This document shows positions 36,984 through 46,519 of a stretch of DNA of 64,000 nt, one piece after another (the stretch's first letter is position 1; each line of letters starts with the position of its first letter). The DNA lies in NCBI GenBank assembly GCA_040217195.1, contig JAVJNR010000005.1, positions 224,001 through 288,000 of the forward strand. The letters run 5' to 3'. The translations under genes and the position numbers were made by a program. Origin of the DNA: Leptospiraceae bacterium (GTDB lineage Bacteria > Spirochaetota > Leptospiria > Leptospirales > Leptonemataceae). Under the pieces are notes generated by a model that saw nothing but the letters and a program-made list of their open reading frames with translations, did no database searches and was not told the DNA's origin.

Positions 36984-39925
36984 TTCTCTATGTAGTGCGG
37001 GGAGCTTTTGCCATACTGCTCGGGGCCGCCACAGCTTCAAGTTACCTTTCCTGTGCCAATGCATCGGAAGGCCCACTCTTACCCCCTCCGGAAAATGGCC
37101 CCAGAGTGGATCTGCACATTGAATCCCTGGGAACCTCCAGGCCAGAGAAAATAGACCCGGATTCCGGGCCCGGATTCAAAAAATGTCTTACTACTCTTGC
37201 TGAATCCAGATACAAACAAGAATTCGGCGTTCGGCTTCGAATCTGCTTTCCCGAAATAGAGCGGATACTTGAGTTGAAGGAACAATGGGCCACTCTGGAT
37301 ACTACCAGTCGCCGACTGGGTGAGTTTAAGACCGGCACTTCTGTGGACCTCCTGGATACTCTGAAGAGCAAATCCATAGAATTTTTCTACGATGGGAATG
37401 GTAGACAAGCCCTGGCAGAACTAAACAGACTGCATGGTCGCTCTACTCATTCCATCCTGGCATCACGCTTCATAGATGATCCTCGCCGTAATGAAATTCT
37501 GCTTCAATACTCAAACGTAGCTCTATCTCCGCGTAAATTCCCGGACAGCGTCTTTAGTTTTGTATTAACCAAACATGAAATCTATTTACTATTCCCTTCC
37601 CGATTTCGACGGCGAATCCACTGGTTATCCGTTCCGCTGGAATCCGTCCAGGCAGATCGACTAAGGACCAAACTAATTGAGCGGCATGAAGCATTGCTTT
37701 CTTTGCTGGAAGATAGAACTGATTCCGCTGCATTCAATTTCGCTGCTTCCCTGACCGAGCTATTCGATAGAAGACAATTTGAGTTCCAGTGTTCCAGGGA
37801 TGGACTTCTACAATTTCGCTTTAAGACCGATAATCGAAGCTATGAAAGGGTGCTACCCTGTCTCAAGAATGCAATTCTTCTTTTAAGGCGAAAACCCGAA
37901 AACAGGATTTCCTACATTCAGGACAGCCAATCAAGTATTGATGTACCATACATAGCCGATGGTCGATCTCTAAACTGGCAACAGAAACCCAGAGATCTCA
38001 ATGATTCAGACTCCGGTATTTCTACAAATGGCTACTGGTCACTTGAGCCATGCAATCCAGAATGCAATAGCCTGGGCTTCCATACTGCGAAAAAGAAATT
38101 CTCAATGCCTCGGTGTAGACTTGAAGACATTGAATTGAATGAATGGAATCTGATCGGATTGTTGACCCCCGGCCTGGAGCCAGGCGGGAAGTTTCTCGAG
38201 TTTCGCATCCATCGCAATTGCAGGTCCGCCGGCCTCAAAATATATGTAGACCAGAAAGAAGTGCTTTTCCCAGCAAAGCTACAGAAAGGACTTCATCTAA
38301 TGCTTGCCGATCCATCCTATTTTGATCGATCGAATAGATTCACTTCTCAGGCTAGTCATCTGGTAAGAAACATTAGCGAAGGCGATGAGATAATACTGAA
38401 ATGCCCTGCATGCGAAAAATCAAAAACCCTCAAAAAAGCCCGGAATCCAGATCTATTCCTTTTCGGCGAATCGATTCAGGATGCTGATGTTAATGCAATT
38501 CAATCCAGAAAAAACACCGGCAAAGATCAGTTTCATCCTCCATATTGCCGGGGATTGATCCCGGACCTCTGCCGTAGCGGTGTTCATGGAATGAGTCCGG
38601 GCGAAGAGGTCCGGCCGCGACCATTGCCGACCATAACCCTGGATGAAATTCTGCCTGCAGGCACATCAGATCCGGCCGAGGAGTTTCTGGAGTTCAGAAG
38701 CGTAGATAGTTCCAGCGATTCGAAATTCGTTTCGGGTTCTCTTCGAATTCAATTTCAGTCTGAGAATCGTAGCTATGTCTTCTACGGTGCAATACCACGG
38801 TCCGATTCCGGCCGATGGGCCATCATGAGAGAAGGAAACCAATGTTATTCCGAAACACCTTCTGTGATTCAGGATTCGGATTTTCGCATTCCCAACCAGC
38901 CTTTTAGACTGGAGGTTCGCTTAAAAGCCCATACGGCAGAGGGAAAGTTCATTGATAAGACTTTACTCAGAGAGGATTTCAGCAAGTCATTCCTGAACAG
39001 ACAATTCTCCCATGTTCGCAGAGAAAATAGAAAGGGCCATTCCAGGTGGATGGTGCATTCCGATAGCCAGTGCCATAATTCCACTCCAGGTAGACCAGGC
39101 TATTATCGGCCTCAGTTCAGGCCGCTGGGACTACACTTCTTTAAGATTCAGTGGCTGGCGGACTCCGACGGTTTCTTCCAATGGCAAAACGACAATGACT
39201 CTTCCATTGATGAAATGGCATGGATCTCTCCTGGTCGCACAGAAGTAGTTCTGGATCATTCCGAAAATCGCTTCGCATCTGAGTATACAATTCGTCTGAA
39301 ACATCTGTCATCGCCAGAGGCTCTGCGAATAGCCGGGCCCAATCTGAGCGATGAGCGACCTTTGCAAAGCAGTCGAAAATTCCGCATCTGGCCCAGCCAG
39401 AAACCAGATCGCAGTTGTGTTGTTCAATCGATTCAGTTAAATACTACGGAATGGATTCGAGTATGCTTTCCCCAGGGAAGCACCGAATCCATTCGTCTGG
39501 CGATTTCAGATGAGCAATCCAGAGATACATTGATTCCAGCAGGACAGAGGCGAAACGATCTTTCGCTTTATGAAGATCCGTCAAGCCTGCGGCCAGGGGA
39601 ATGCGCGCTGATATTAGATCCAGACATAAACAAGAATACTCTAGAATCCATCCAGCAGCCAGCCGATCAGATGTGTTTTATGCCTGAGTCAGGTTCAGCA
39701 CTGGGTAACGGTCTAAGAAAGGATGAAGAAATTGAGATCTTGCTTCTGGATTCTGAACATCTGGAGCCTGAAGCCTCAGACCGATCGCCGCTGACTCTAT
39801 GTACATACGGTGCGGGCAATCCTGAGAATGACTACCTGATCCCCGAAAACCATAGAATCATTGAGCGAAAAGAAGGAACCTATCAGGACCTGCCTGAAAA
39901 CTTTGAGTTCGGTAGGCTACTTTGA
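36971..39925 (+). CDS. Large lipoprotein with repeated lamin-tail-domain-like segments
   Basis: Lipobox YLSC; IELNEW...KFLEFR, ITLDEILP...AEEFLEFR and VVQSIQ..TTEWIRV resemble the LTD 'I.Ei....EfiEl' pattern. Confidence 0.6.
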   Translation: MGLPFLYVVRGAFAILLGAATASSYLSCANASEGPLLPPPENGPRVDLHIESLGTSRPEKIDPDSGPGFKKCLTTLAESRYKQEFGVRLRICFPEIERILELKEQWATLDTTSRRLGEFKTGTSVDLLDTLKSKSIEFFYDGNGRQALAELNRLHGRSTHSILASRFIDDPRRNEILLQYSNVALSPRKFPDSVFSFVLTKHEIYLLFPSRFRRRIHWLSVPLESVQADRLRTKLIERHEALLSLLEDRTDSAAFNFAASLTELFDRRQFEFQCSRDGLLQFRFKTDNRSYERVLPCLKNAILLLRRKPENRISYIQDSQSSIDVPYIADGRSLNWQQKPRDLNDSDSGISTNGYWSLEPCNPECNSLGFHTAKKKFSMPRCRLEDIELNEWNLIGLLTPGLEPGGKFLEFRIHRNCRSAGLKIYVDQKEVLFPAKLQKGLHLMLADPSYFDRSNRFTSQASHLVRNISEGDEIILKCPACEKSKTLKKARNPDLFLFGESIQDADVNAIQSRKNTGKDQFHPPYCRGLIPDLCRSGVHGMSPGEEVRPRPLPTITLDEILPAGTSDPAEEFLEFRSVDSSSDSKFVSGSLRIQFQSENRSYVFYGAIPRSDSGRWAIMREGNQCYSETPSVIQDSDFRIPNQPFRLEVRLKAHTAEGKFIDKTLLREDFSKSFLNRQFSHVRRENRKGHSRWMVHSDSQCHNSTPGRPGYYRPQFRPLGLHFFKIQWLADSDGFFQWQNDNDSSIDEMAWISPGRTEVVLDHSENRFASEYTIRLKHLSSPEALRIAGPNLSDERPLQSSRKFRIWPSQKPDRSCVVQSIQLNTTEWIRVCFPQGSTESIRLAISDEQSRDTLIPAGQRRNDLSLYEDPSSLRPGECALILDPDINKNTLESIQQPADQMCFMPESGSALGNGLRKDEEIEILLLDSEHLEPEASDRSPLTLCTYGAGNPENDYLIPENHRIIERKEGTYQDLPENFEFGRLL

Positions 39926-41508
39926 CTGCTTTCCCTCGAACCCTGGATAGTAAGATCGCTTTTTGGCTTGGCGCTTTTCTCATCCTTTCTGCATTACCGA
40001 ACCCTCTGCATGCACAGATTCGAGCAGATATGACCATGGACGTAGATGGGATTCATTCCTTCGCAGGAGATCCAGAGCCGCAATATAATTACGGTGAAAC
40101 TTCCCGCTGGATGCTTGCAGGGATACATCTAAGACAGTACAATTCATCGGAGGCAACGTTACTCTTTGGCCTGGATGCAAATATTCTGCTCAATCTGGGA
40201 TCTTCAACGATCGAGCATCCAGCCATGCCTTCGGTGCGAAGTAGCCATTTCGTAGAAACCAGCAGAAGGCCAGTTCTTTCCAGAATTTCAAAGAGAGCAC
40301 TTTCAGAAAGTCCAGCCCGCGCAGACAGAAGGGATCCAGCCAGCAAAGCGCTACACATTATTGCAGGGGAGTATTACCTGGGATTAAAACAAAGAATGGA
40401 CGATGTTCTGGGAAGTCTGGGTCATTCCGCCGAACCTTCCATCTCTCTGATACTGGGACGACACCGCTGGAGAACAGAAATTCAGGAGGAGTTTCTGGGA
40501 TCGCCAGGCTATTTCCCGGGGCTGCATTTCATCTGGGACACGGATGGCTATGGTAAAGCGGTGATTTCCCCGGCCTACATCCTGGATAATACGGATTCCA
40601 CCGGCAAAGAATGGGGACTTTCCAGACGTTTGCAGAACGGTGCAGGACTTTCGGCAAGCTCGTTTAACAGCCATCGTTACGGAAGCTCTGCTTTTTATGT
40701 TCTGGGCAATTCCTGGCAATTAGGAATGGGAGTTCGTCGTCATTCATTAAGGAGGAACTCCAGATTATATCTTCCAGGCCTTTTGCAGTATCTACATTTC
40801 TTTGCAGGCTACCGCGGTAAGCACTTTCGCCTGGGTCTGGGCTATTCGCGGGTGATTGGAGAACTACAAAAGCCGCGAAGAACTAGATCCGAAAAACAAC
40901 GGACAGAAGAATTCAAGCCAGTACCTCGTCCGGGAAAAGATCGCAACGAACAAGACATATCGGTAAAAGCAGCCGAAGTCCATGGAGTGTTGGGCTGGCA
41001 GAGCAAATCCTGGAGTCTCACTCTGTCCTTCTTTCTACCGGAATCCATTCATGGTGATAAGAATCCAGAACTGGGTTATGTCCATCCGGGACGACCTCCC
41101 TATTCCATGCCTCTGGGTAGATTCTACGGTATTGCCAGTGGATTCGAAACCTGCGCTTCCTCCCCGGCTTGCTCGGACCTGTCCGTTTCTTCTGAAAACC
41201 TGTACGGACAGATCCAGATCAGGGCAGACCTCAAATGGAGCGGCTATAGAACTTATTTCCTGGCGCTTTATAGTGGAGCTCGCACACAGAGCAAAAATGG
41301 TCTGGCCGGATCTGCTCCAGACCCAGAGGCACCGGATTATCTTGAATGGCAGGCCGGAATTCAGAAGTCCTGGAACTTTCTACGCTCGGGTAGCCTCACC
41401 GTTCAATATGGAAGAATCTATATTCGAAAGACCAGGTCATCGCAGGCTTTTGCAGAATACTTTCGCCTGGGTCTGAAAATCAAATTAAGAGAGTCTATGA
41501 ATGAGTAG
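39922..41508 (+). CDS. Exported protein, probable outer-membrane beta-barrel
   Basis: Signal peptide ending LHA-Q; many amphipathic aromatic/Gly strands (WQLGMGVR, FRLGLGYS, YLEWQAGIQKSW, YFRLGLKIKL); TTGA overlap with the upstream stop. Confidence 0.6.
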   Translation: MTAFPRTLDSKIAFWLGAFLILSALPNPLHAQIRADMTMDVDGIHSFAGDPEPQYNYGETSRWMLAGIHLRQYNSSEATLLFGLDANILLNLGSSTIEHPAMPSVRSSHFVETSRRPVLSRISKRALSESPARADRRDPASKALHIIAGEYYLGLKQRMDDVLGSLGHSAEPSISLILGRHRWRTEIQEEFLGSPGYFPGLHFIWDTDGYGKAVISPAYILDNTDSTGKEWGLSRRLQNGAGLSASSFNSHRYGSSAFYVLGNSWQLGMGVRRHSLRRNSRLYLPGLLQYLHFFAGYRGKHFRLGLGYSRVIGELQKPRRTRSEKQRTEEFKPVPRPGKDRNEQDISVKAAEVHGVLGWQSKSWSLTLSFFLPESIHGDKNPELGYVHPGRPPYSMPLGRFYGIASGFETCASSPACSDLSVSSENLYGQIQIRADLKWSGYRTYFLALYSGARTQSKNGLAGSAPDPEAPDYLEWQAGIQKSWNFLRSGSLTVQYGRIYIRKTRSSQAFAEYFRLGLKIKLRESMNE

Positions 41509-43345
41509 AGTTAAAGATTCATTGCAGACTGCATTTAGAGCTAAATCGAAAAATATTCTACATTGGCAATTAGACGTGAATGGGTATCAAAGTTCCGGAT
41601 ATGAAATGTTCCGATTCAAAAAGAGAGTTGGAATTGCGTTCATGGCTGCTTTTCTTTCCATTCCAACTATCCTGGCCTCACTATCCTCTGGATGCGGATG
41701 GACTGAAAAAGAACAACAATTGATCCTGCCATTGGTACAACAGTCGGTGGAATTCACTCGCCCTTCCCCTGGAGCGTCTATGGAAGGTAAACTAAGGATC
41801 AAAAGACGCATTCTGGACTGGATCAACCAGGCCAATCGATCAATCTTAATATTTGCGTATGGACTGGACGATCCAGATATTATTCAGTCATTACGAAATG
41901 CCAGGCTTCGCGGGGTTCAGATTCGATTGATACTATCGCCTGAAAAAGATTACCAGGAATTGGAAGGACAGGATCTGCCACTGGAGGTGCGAAATGCTTC
42001 CGGAATACAGCACGTCAAAGCAATCCTAATTGATTCACGAAGGTTAATTTCAGGAACTGGAAACCTGACCAGAAGTGGGTTGTTTCATAATAACAATGCA
42101 TTTTTGTTCTTTAGTTTTCCCTCAGTCCGGGGTGAACGGATCAAAGACCGGCTTGTGCATCCAGAAATGGCCAGGCCATTTCTAAGATTTCCTGAAATGA
42201 CAATGATCTTCTCTCCGGAAGGAGGACATCTAATTCAGACATTGATTGCAAAGAATCTATATGAAGCGAGATCCCTGATTCGAATTCTAATGTATCGGTT
42301 CACGGATCCGGTGCTTTCTGCCCTGCTCTATCACAGGGCTCGATCCGGAGTGCCGGTGCAAGGTATCCTGGATGGTAGCGGCACCATTCTTCCAGGCCGA
42401 TCCGCTCTGGAAGAGGAGTATTACAACATCGGCTCAATCCCGCTGGAACTCTTTCTGGACGGAAATCAAAATCAATATCAATCCTCCGATGGAGTTTATC
42501 ATGGCGGACATATGCATCAGAAGACCGCCATCATCGATGATAAGGTCTTCACCGGTTCTTATAACTGGAGCATGAGTGCCCGGGATCGAAACCGGGAGAT
42601 ATTGTTTATTCTAGAAGATCATGATTTGGTCCAGAGATTCCACCATCGCTTCGAAAAGCTCAGATCCAGAGCCGTTGCGCTGCGAAGATCCCCGCATGCT
42701 CAGACCACCCTGGAGCCGGAGGTTACGAACTCGTCTCTGTGTATTCAGAAATCCAGCTCAGCGATATCGGTTCATGGCAGTGGTCCGTTCTTTCATGCTA
42801 CGGAATGGAAGCCCGGATCTGAAGCTGCCAATTGTGATGCCCCTTTGCGCCAGGCAGTGCCCCATGCATCCAGCGCCGGAGCCAGCAAGGGTAAGGATTA
42901 TTCTTTCTGGGAGCTGGATTTTAGTCTCATTCAAGGCAACGGCCAATCTGCCCGGTATTCTTCCAAATCATCTTTAAGATGGACCACGGATTTCCCGTGC
43001 TCCAGGTCTGGCTGTAAGTCACCGCCGCTGCAAAGAATTGATCTGGAGGATGGATGGTTACAATGGAAGAACAACTCTTTCAGTAATCATGCAGCGGAGA
43101 TCACCGTTCAGGCACTGGGCAGAAACGACTGGCATATGCGTACTCTTGACCGACAGGGTGAGGGCTTTTACCGATTTGCTCCTCTTCCGAAGCAGGATCT
43201 GCTGTTGCTTATGGAAGCAAACGGAGATACAGGGTTGGCCTGCATCCAATGGGGGGCCCTGGATCCAGAGATTGAGCGGTACCGACAGTATTTGAACTTC
43301 TATGGAAACCCGATTCGCTGTATTACTGCGGAAGGAAGTGGTTGA
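41501..43345 (+). CDS. Phospholipase D superfamily lipoprotein with two HKD motifs (phospholipase or nuclease)
   Basis: HVKAILID..ISGTGN and HQKTAIID..TGSYNWS...NRE; lipobox SSGC. An alternative start at ATG 41606 fits the signal peptide. Confidence 0.88.
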   Translation: MSRVKDSLQTAFRAKSKNILHWQLDVNGYQSSGYEMFRFKKRVGIAFMAAFLSIPTILASLSSGCGWTEKEQQLILPLVQQSVEFTRPSPGASMEGKLRIKRRILDWINQANRSILIFAYGLDDPDIIQSLRNARLRGVQIRLILSPEKDYQELEGQDLPLEVRNASGIQHVKAILIDSRRLISGTGNLTRSGLFHNNNAFLFFSFPSVRGERIKDRLVHPEMARPFLRFPEMTMIFSPEGGHLIQTLIAKNLYEARSLIRILMYRFTDPVLSALLYHRARSGVPVQGILDGSGTILPGRSALEEEYYNIGSIPLELFLDGNQNQYQSSDGVYHGGHMHQKTAIIDDKVFTGSYNWSMSARDRNREILFILEDHDLVQRFHHRFEKLRSRAVALRRSPHAQTTLEPEVTNSSLCIQKSSSAISVHGSGPFFHATEWKPGSEAANCDAPLRQAVPHASSAGASKGKDYSFWELDFSLIQGNGQSARYSSKSSLRWTTDFPCSRSGCKSPPLQRIDLEDGWLQWKNNSFSNHAAEITVQALGRNDWHMRTLDRQGEGFYRFAPLPKQDLLLLMEANGDTGLACIQWGALDPEIERYRQYLNFYGNPIRCITAEGSG

Positions 43346-44385
43346 TGCCAGGAAGCAAAAAGACCGACATTAATTCTGTGAGCCGATTTCATTTTACATT
43401 GGCCTATTCTCTGGTCCTGATAACCTTTCCATTTCTATTGGATGCTGAACCAAATCCAGCTCACAACAGAAATAGAATTACAGTTATGGCTACCTCAGAT
43501 TTTGCCGGAGCTTTCGAGCTCAATGATGAAGGGTCACGAGGCTGGTCTGTTCTAAAAACCTATGCAAACCGGGTAAAAACGAATCGTAGAAATTCTGCCA
43601 CCCGGGCCTTCCTATTTCATACAGGCGACCTTACCGGTTTGCGATACGACTCTCACGACATCGATATAATGCCGGAAAAGCAGCCAGATGCTTTGAGTGT
43701 AATCCTGAGGCAGGGCGTGGATTTACTTCAGTTCACCGGGTTCGATGCGGTAGCCATTCAAAAAAAAGAGGAATTGGCCCTGAATCAGGGATTGAATTGG
43801 CCTTCCCTGGTACGCTTTGAATATCCGAACCAGGAAATATCTCTGGAAAGTCGGCCCGCCGCTTCTCAGAAGATCCTCACCGGAACGGGCACCTTTCTCT
43901 GGATTTCTGCCATTGAACCGGCCATGGACTCGGAAAAAAGGGATGAGCAAATTCTTCAGCTTAGAGAAGAAATCTACAGAAACCGGGCTGCAGATCTGAT
44001 TGTCTTACTGTTTTCGGGCCATCGTTACAGTTCGGATTCGCATGCAGAGCTGGAAAGTATGGCCAGTCCTTCGCCAGAAGAGTGGCTCCAACATTTCGCT
44101 GTGGATCAGACCGGCAATCTGTTCCATCCCCAGAATCCGTCCGATACGGACTTTCCCTCCAATCGAATTCTAATTCTAATGCCTGGAAAGCGAGCCTTCT
44201 TCAGAACTACTGCCGGGATGACTGTATGCAGAATCCCGGCCGGGCAACTTTGCCAGATTGAATTTGATTTTAGAGACCAAAGACTGTCCATAACCCAGCA
44301 CTGGGTAGCATTCGACGAAGCGCTGCGAAATCATAGCTTCCTACCTGCGGATCCGGGATTGCAAAAAATTCTGCGATTGAAATAA
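43342..44385 (+). CDS. Exported 5'-nucleotidase/metallophosphoesterase N-domain-like protein with lost metal ligands
   Basis: ITVMATSDFAG (cf. TNDxHG), FHTGD (cf. DAGD), GFDAVAIQKKE (cf. GYDA..GNHE), ADLIVLLFSG. Confidence 0.6.
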   Translation: MMPGSKKTDINSVSRFHFTLAYSLVLITFPFLLDAEPNPAHNRNRITVMATSDFAGAFELNDEGSRGWSVLKTYANRVKTNRRNSATRAFLFHTGDLTGLRYDSHDIDIMPEKQPDALSVILRQGVDLLQFTGFDAVAIQKKEELALNQGLNWPSLVRFEYPNQEISLESRPAASQKILTGTGTFLWISAIEPAMDSEKRDEQILQLREEIYRNRAADLIVLLFSGHRYSSDSHAELESMASPSPEEWLQHFAVDQTGNLFHPQNPSDTDFPSNRILILMPGKRAFFRTTAGMTVCRIPAGQLCQIEFDFRDQRLSITQHWVAFDEALRNHSFLPADPGLQKILRLK

Positions 44386-44420
44386 TTTTTACTTGTACTC
44401 TCACAGGATTAGGTCGATGA

Positions 44421-45038
44421 TTGAGGCCGGTGAAAAAACTGAGCTGGAAGGGTAAGCGATTCTTTCTGGGACTGACGGGTATGCCCGGATCTGGTAAATC
44501 CACGGCCAGGGAAATCCTGGCAAAACTGGGATGCAAAACCCTGGATGCAGATGCACTTGCTCATGACGTTCTGGATCAGCCGGATACTTTGCAAGAAATT
44601 GCAAATCTCTTTGGCGCAGATGTGGTCCAGAACGGAAAAGCCAATCGTGCAGCCATCGCAGACAGGGTATTTAAGGACAGGGAGCTTCTGGAGAAGTTGA
44701 ACTCCCTGATTCATCCCCGGGTTCGCAAGAAGGCAATGGAAAGAATGAATGCATTTCCCGAAGGCAGCATCATTGTTTACGATGTTCCTCTGCTCTTTGA
44801 AGCCGAATTGAATAAGGAAATGGATGCAACCCTGGTAATACGGTCAAGTTTTCCTGTGCGACTGGACAGAGTTAAGTCTCGCTCATGGACCGAAGAGGAC
44901 CTTAAGTCCAGAGATCGACATCATTTACCGGATAAGGCCGAACGCGCGGATTTCGTAGTCGAAAATGACGGACAGATCCAGGCTATGGCTAGCGAATTAG
45001 AAGCATTATTATTGAAGATCAAGGCAGCTAAACCATGA
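44421..45038 (+). CDS. coaE: Dephospho-CoA kinase
   Basis: GLTGMPGSGKST, DADALAH, LNSLIHPRV, DVPLLFE, ADFVVEN. Confidence 0.95.
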   Translation: MRPVKKLSWKGKRFFLGLTGMPGSGKSTAREILAKLGCKTLDADALAHDVLDQPDTLQEIANLFGADVVQNGKANRAAIADRVFKDRELLEKLNSLIHPRVRKKAMERMNAFPEGSIIVYDVPLLFEAELNKEMDATLVIRSSFPVRLDRVKSRSWTEEDLKSRDRHHLPDKAERADFVVENDGQIQAMASELEALLLKIKAAKP

Positions 45039-45799
45039 AACGAAGAGTATTTTACGTAGTAAACCTGGACAAAGGGCGACTCCTGGCCCTGGGATTATTT
45101 ATTCTGGGAGCCCTGGTGCTCTCCTTCTCCACAGGATATCGTTTTGCCAACACGTCAGAGGCAGCTTCCCTGCATGAGCCAGAAAAGCAGGACCAAATGC
45201 CACTGGCATTCGACTCGCCAGATTCAGCCAACCCGGAATCCCTTTCTCTAAACCATGTGTCCGATGACGATAATACTGAGCGCAATGAGCCGGAAAAAAA
45301 ACAGTCCGATGAAAAGAAAGGCCAGACTGACCGAACCTCGGAGGACCTGTCTTTGAAGCCGGCACAAGCGCCCTCTACCAGGAAAGAAAAATCCAGGCCC
45401 GAAAGTAAAAATTCAGTCTCCTTTTCTGACATTGCAAAGAAGAATGAGACCCGGGATGCGCCTCCAGTAAAGAAATCTGAGCCTGCGCGCAAACCAGCTC
45501 CGGCCAAAAAACCAGAGGCGAGCAAGAAAGAACCTGCCAAAAAAGAAGCTCCGCGAAAGGAACCCGCAAAGCCCGCAAAAATGTACACTCTTCAAATGGG
45601 AGCCTTCAGCTCTCGAGGAGCTGCAAACCGCATGGCCGAGCAGATTCGTAAGGAGGGCCTCCAGCCTTATGTTGTCACATCCGGTAACTTGCACCTTGTT
45701 CGTCTGGGAAGGTCGAAAACGAAAAGCGGACTTGACGCAGAAGAAAAAAAATTGCGAGCAGCAAGGTTTCGACCCATTACAGTTAGCGTAGGACAGTAA
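45035..45799 (+). CDS. SPOR-domain cell-division protein (FtsN/DedD-like architecture)
   Basis: TM helix, long Lys/Pro/Glu linker, YTLQMGAFSSRGAANRM...HLVRLG. Confidence 0.88.
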   Translation: MKRRVFYVVNLDKGRLLALGLFILGALVLSFSTGYRFANTSEAASLHEPEKQDQMPLAFDSPDSANPESLSLNHVSDDDNTERNEPEKKQSDEKKGQTDRTSEDLSLKPAQAPSTRKEKSRPESKNSVSFSDIAKKNETRDAPPVKKSEPARKPAPAKKPEASKKEPAKKEAPRKEPAKPAKMYTLQMGAFSSRGAANRMAEQIRKEGLQPYVVTSGNLHLVRLGRSKTKSGLDAEEKKLRAARFRPITVSVGQ

Positions 45800-45859
45800 G
45801 CATAGAGCTTCAGTTTTCCGCTTGTCACCACAGCGGGTCTGACGACCAGATACAACAAC

Positions 45860-46507
45860 GTGTCTCCAGAGATAGGACAGGCTCAAGCTCTGGTTGTAGA
45901 GCAGACGATCAATCGTCTGGAAGTGACCTATTCGGATTACATCCAGCAAAAAGGATTCGACCGCATTCCTGAATTCTTTCGGGAACACCTGTACTCGCCT
46001 CCTAACAAAAATCAGAGAGATGCTGCTCTTGAGAGCCTCTACGAGAAACTAAAATCCGTCACTGGTCCGGAAATGACGCAGAACATTCATAATTTGATTG
46101 TACTGATTCAACTTACAGATGATCTGGATGTGGCAGCAGCCAGGAAGCTCCTGGAAGGCCCGCTGAAGGGAATGTCCGCCGATGAGATTGCAGAGGCATC
46201 CATTACCACAGAACAGCTTAACCGTTGCATCGGGGAGGCAGGATGCTGGGAAGATAGGCATCGACAGGTGGAAATGATTGGCGATACGCTCAGCTTCTTT
46301 TTTACCCTTTCCAAACTACCTCTAATCAAACTGGTGATGGCCCCCATCCGGGTGGCGGCCTCCCTTGTTGGTGCCGGGGAGCTGGTGGATACCATGGAAA
46401 CCGGCTATCAGATCTCGCGCAATATCAAGGACATGAAGCCATTCGTGGATGCCTTCAATGAAAGAGAGAAGGCCCAGCTTGATCGATTGCGGAAAGAATA
46501 TTCTTGA
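45860..46507 (+). CDS. FFLEELY-motif family protein
   Basis: RLEVTYSD...EFFREHLYSP...QRD. Confidence 0.7.
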   Translation: MSPEIGQAQALVVEQTINRLEVTYSDYIQQKGFDRIPEFFREHLYSPPNKNQRDAALESLYEKLKSVTGPEMTQNIHNLIVLIQLTDDLDVAAARKLLEGPLKGMSADEIAEASITTEQLNRCIGEAGCWEDRHRQVEMIGDTLSFFFTLSKLPLIKLVMAPIRVAASLVGAGELVDTMETGYQISRNIKDMKPFVDAFNEREKAQLDRLRKEYS

Positions 46508-46519
46508 TTCGTCTATGGG

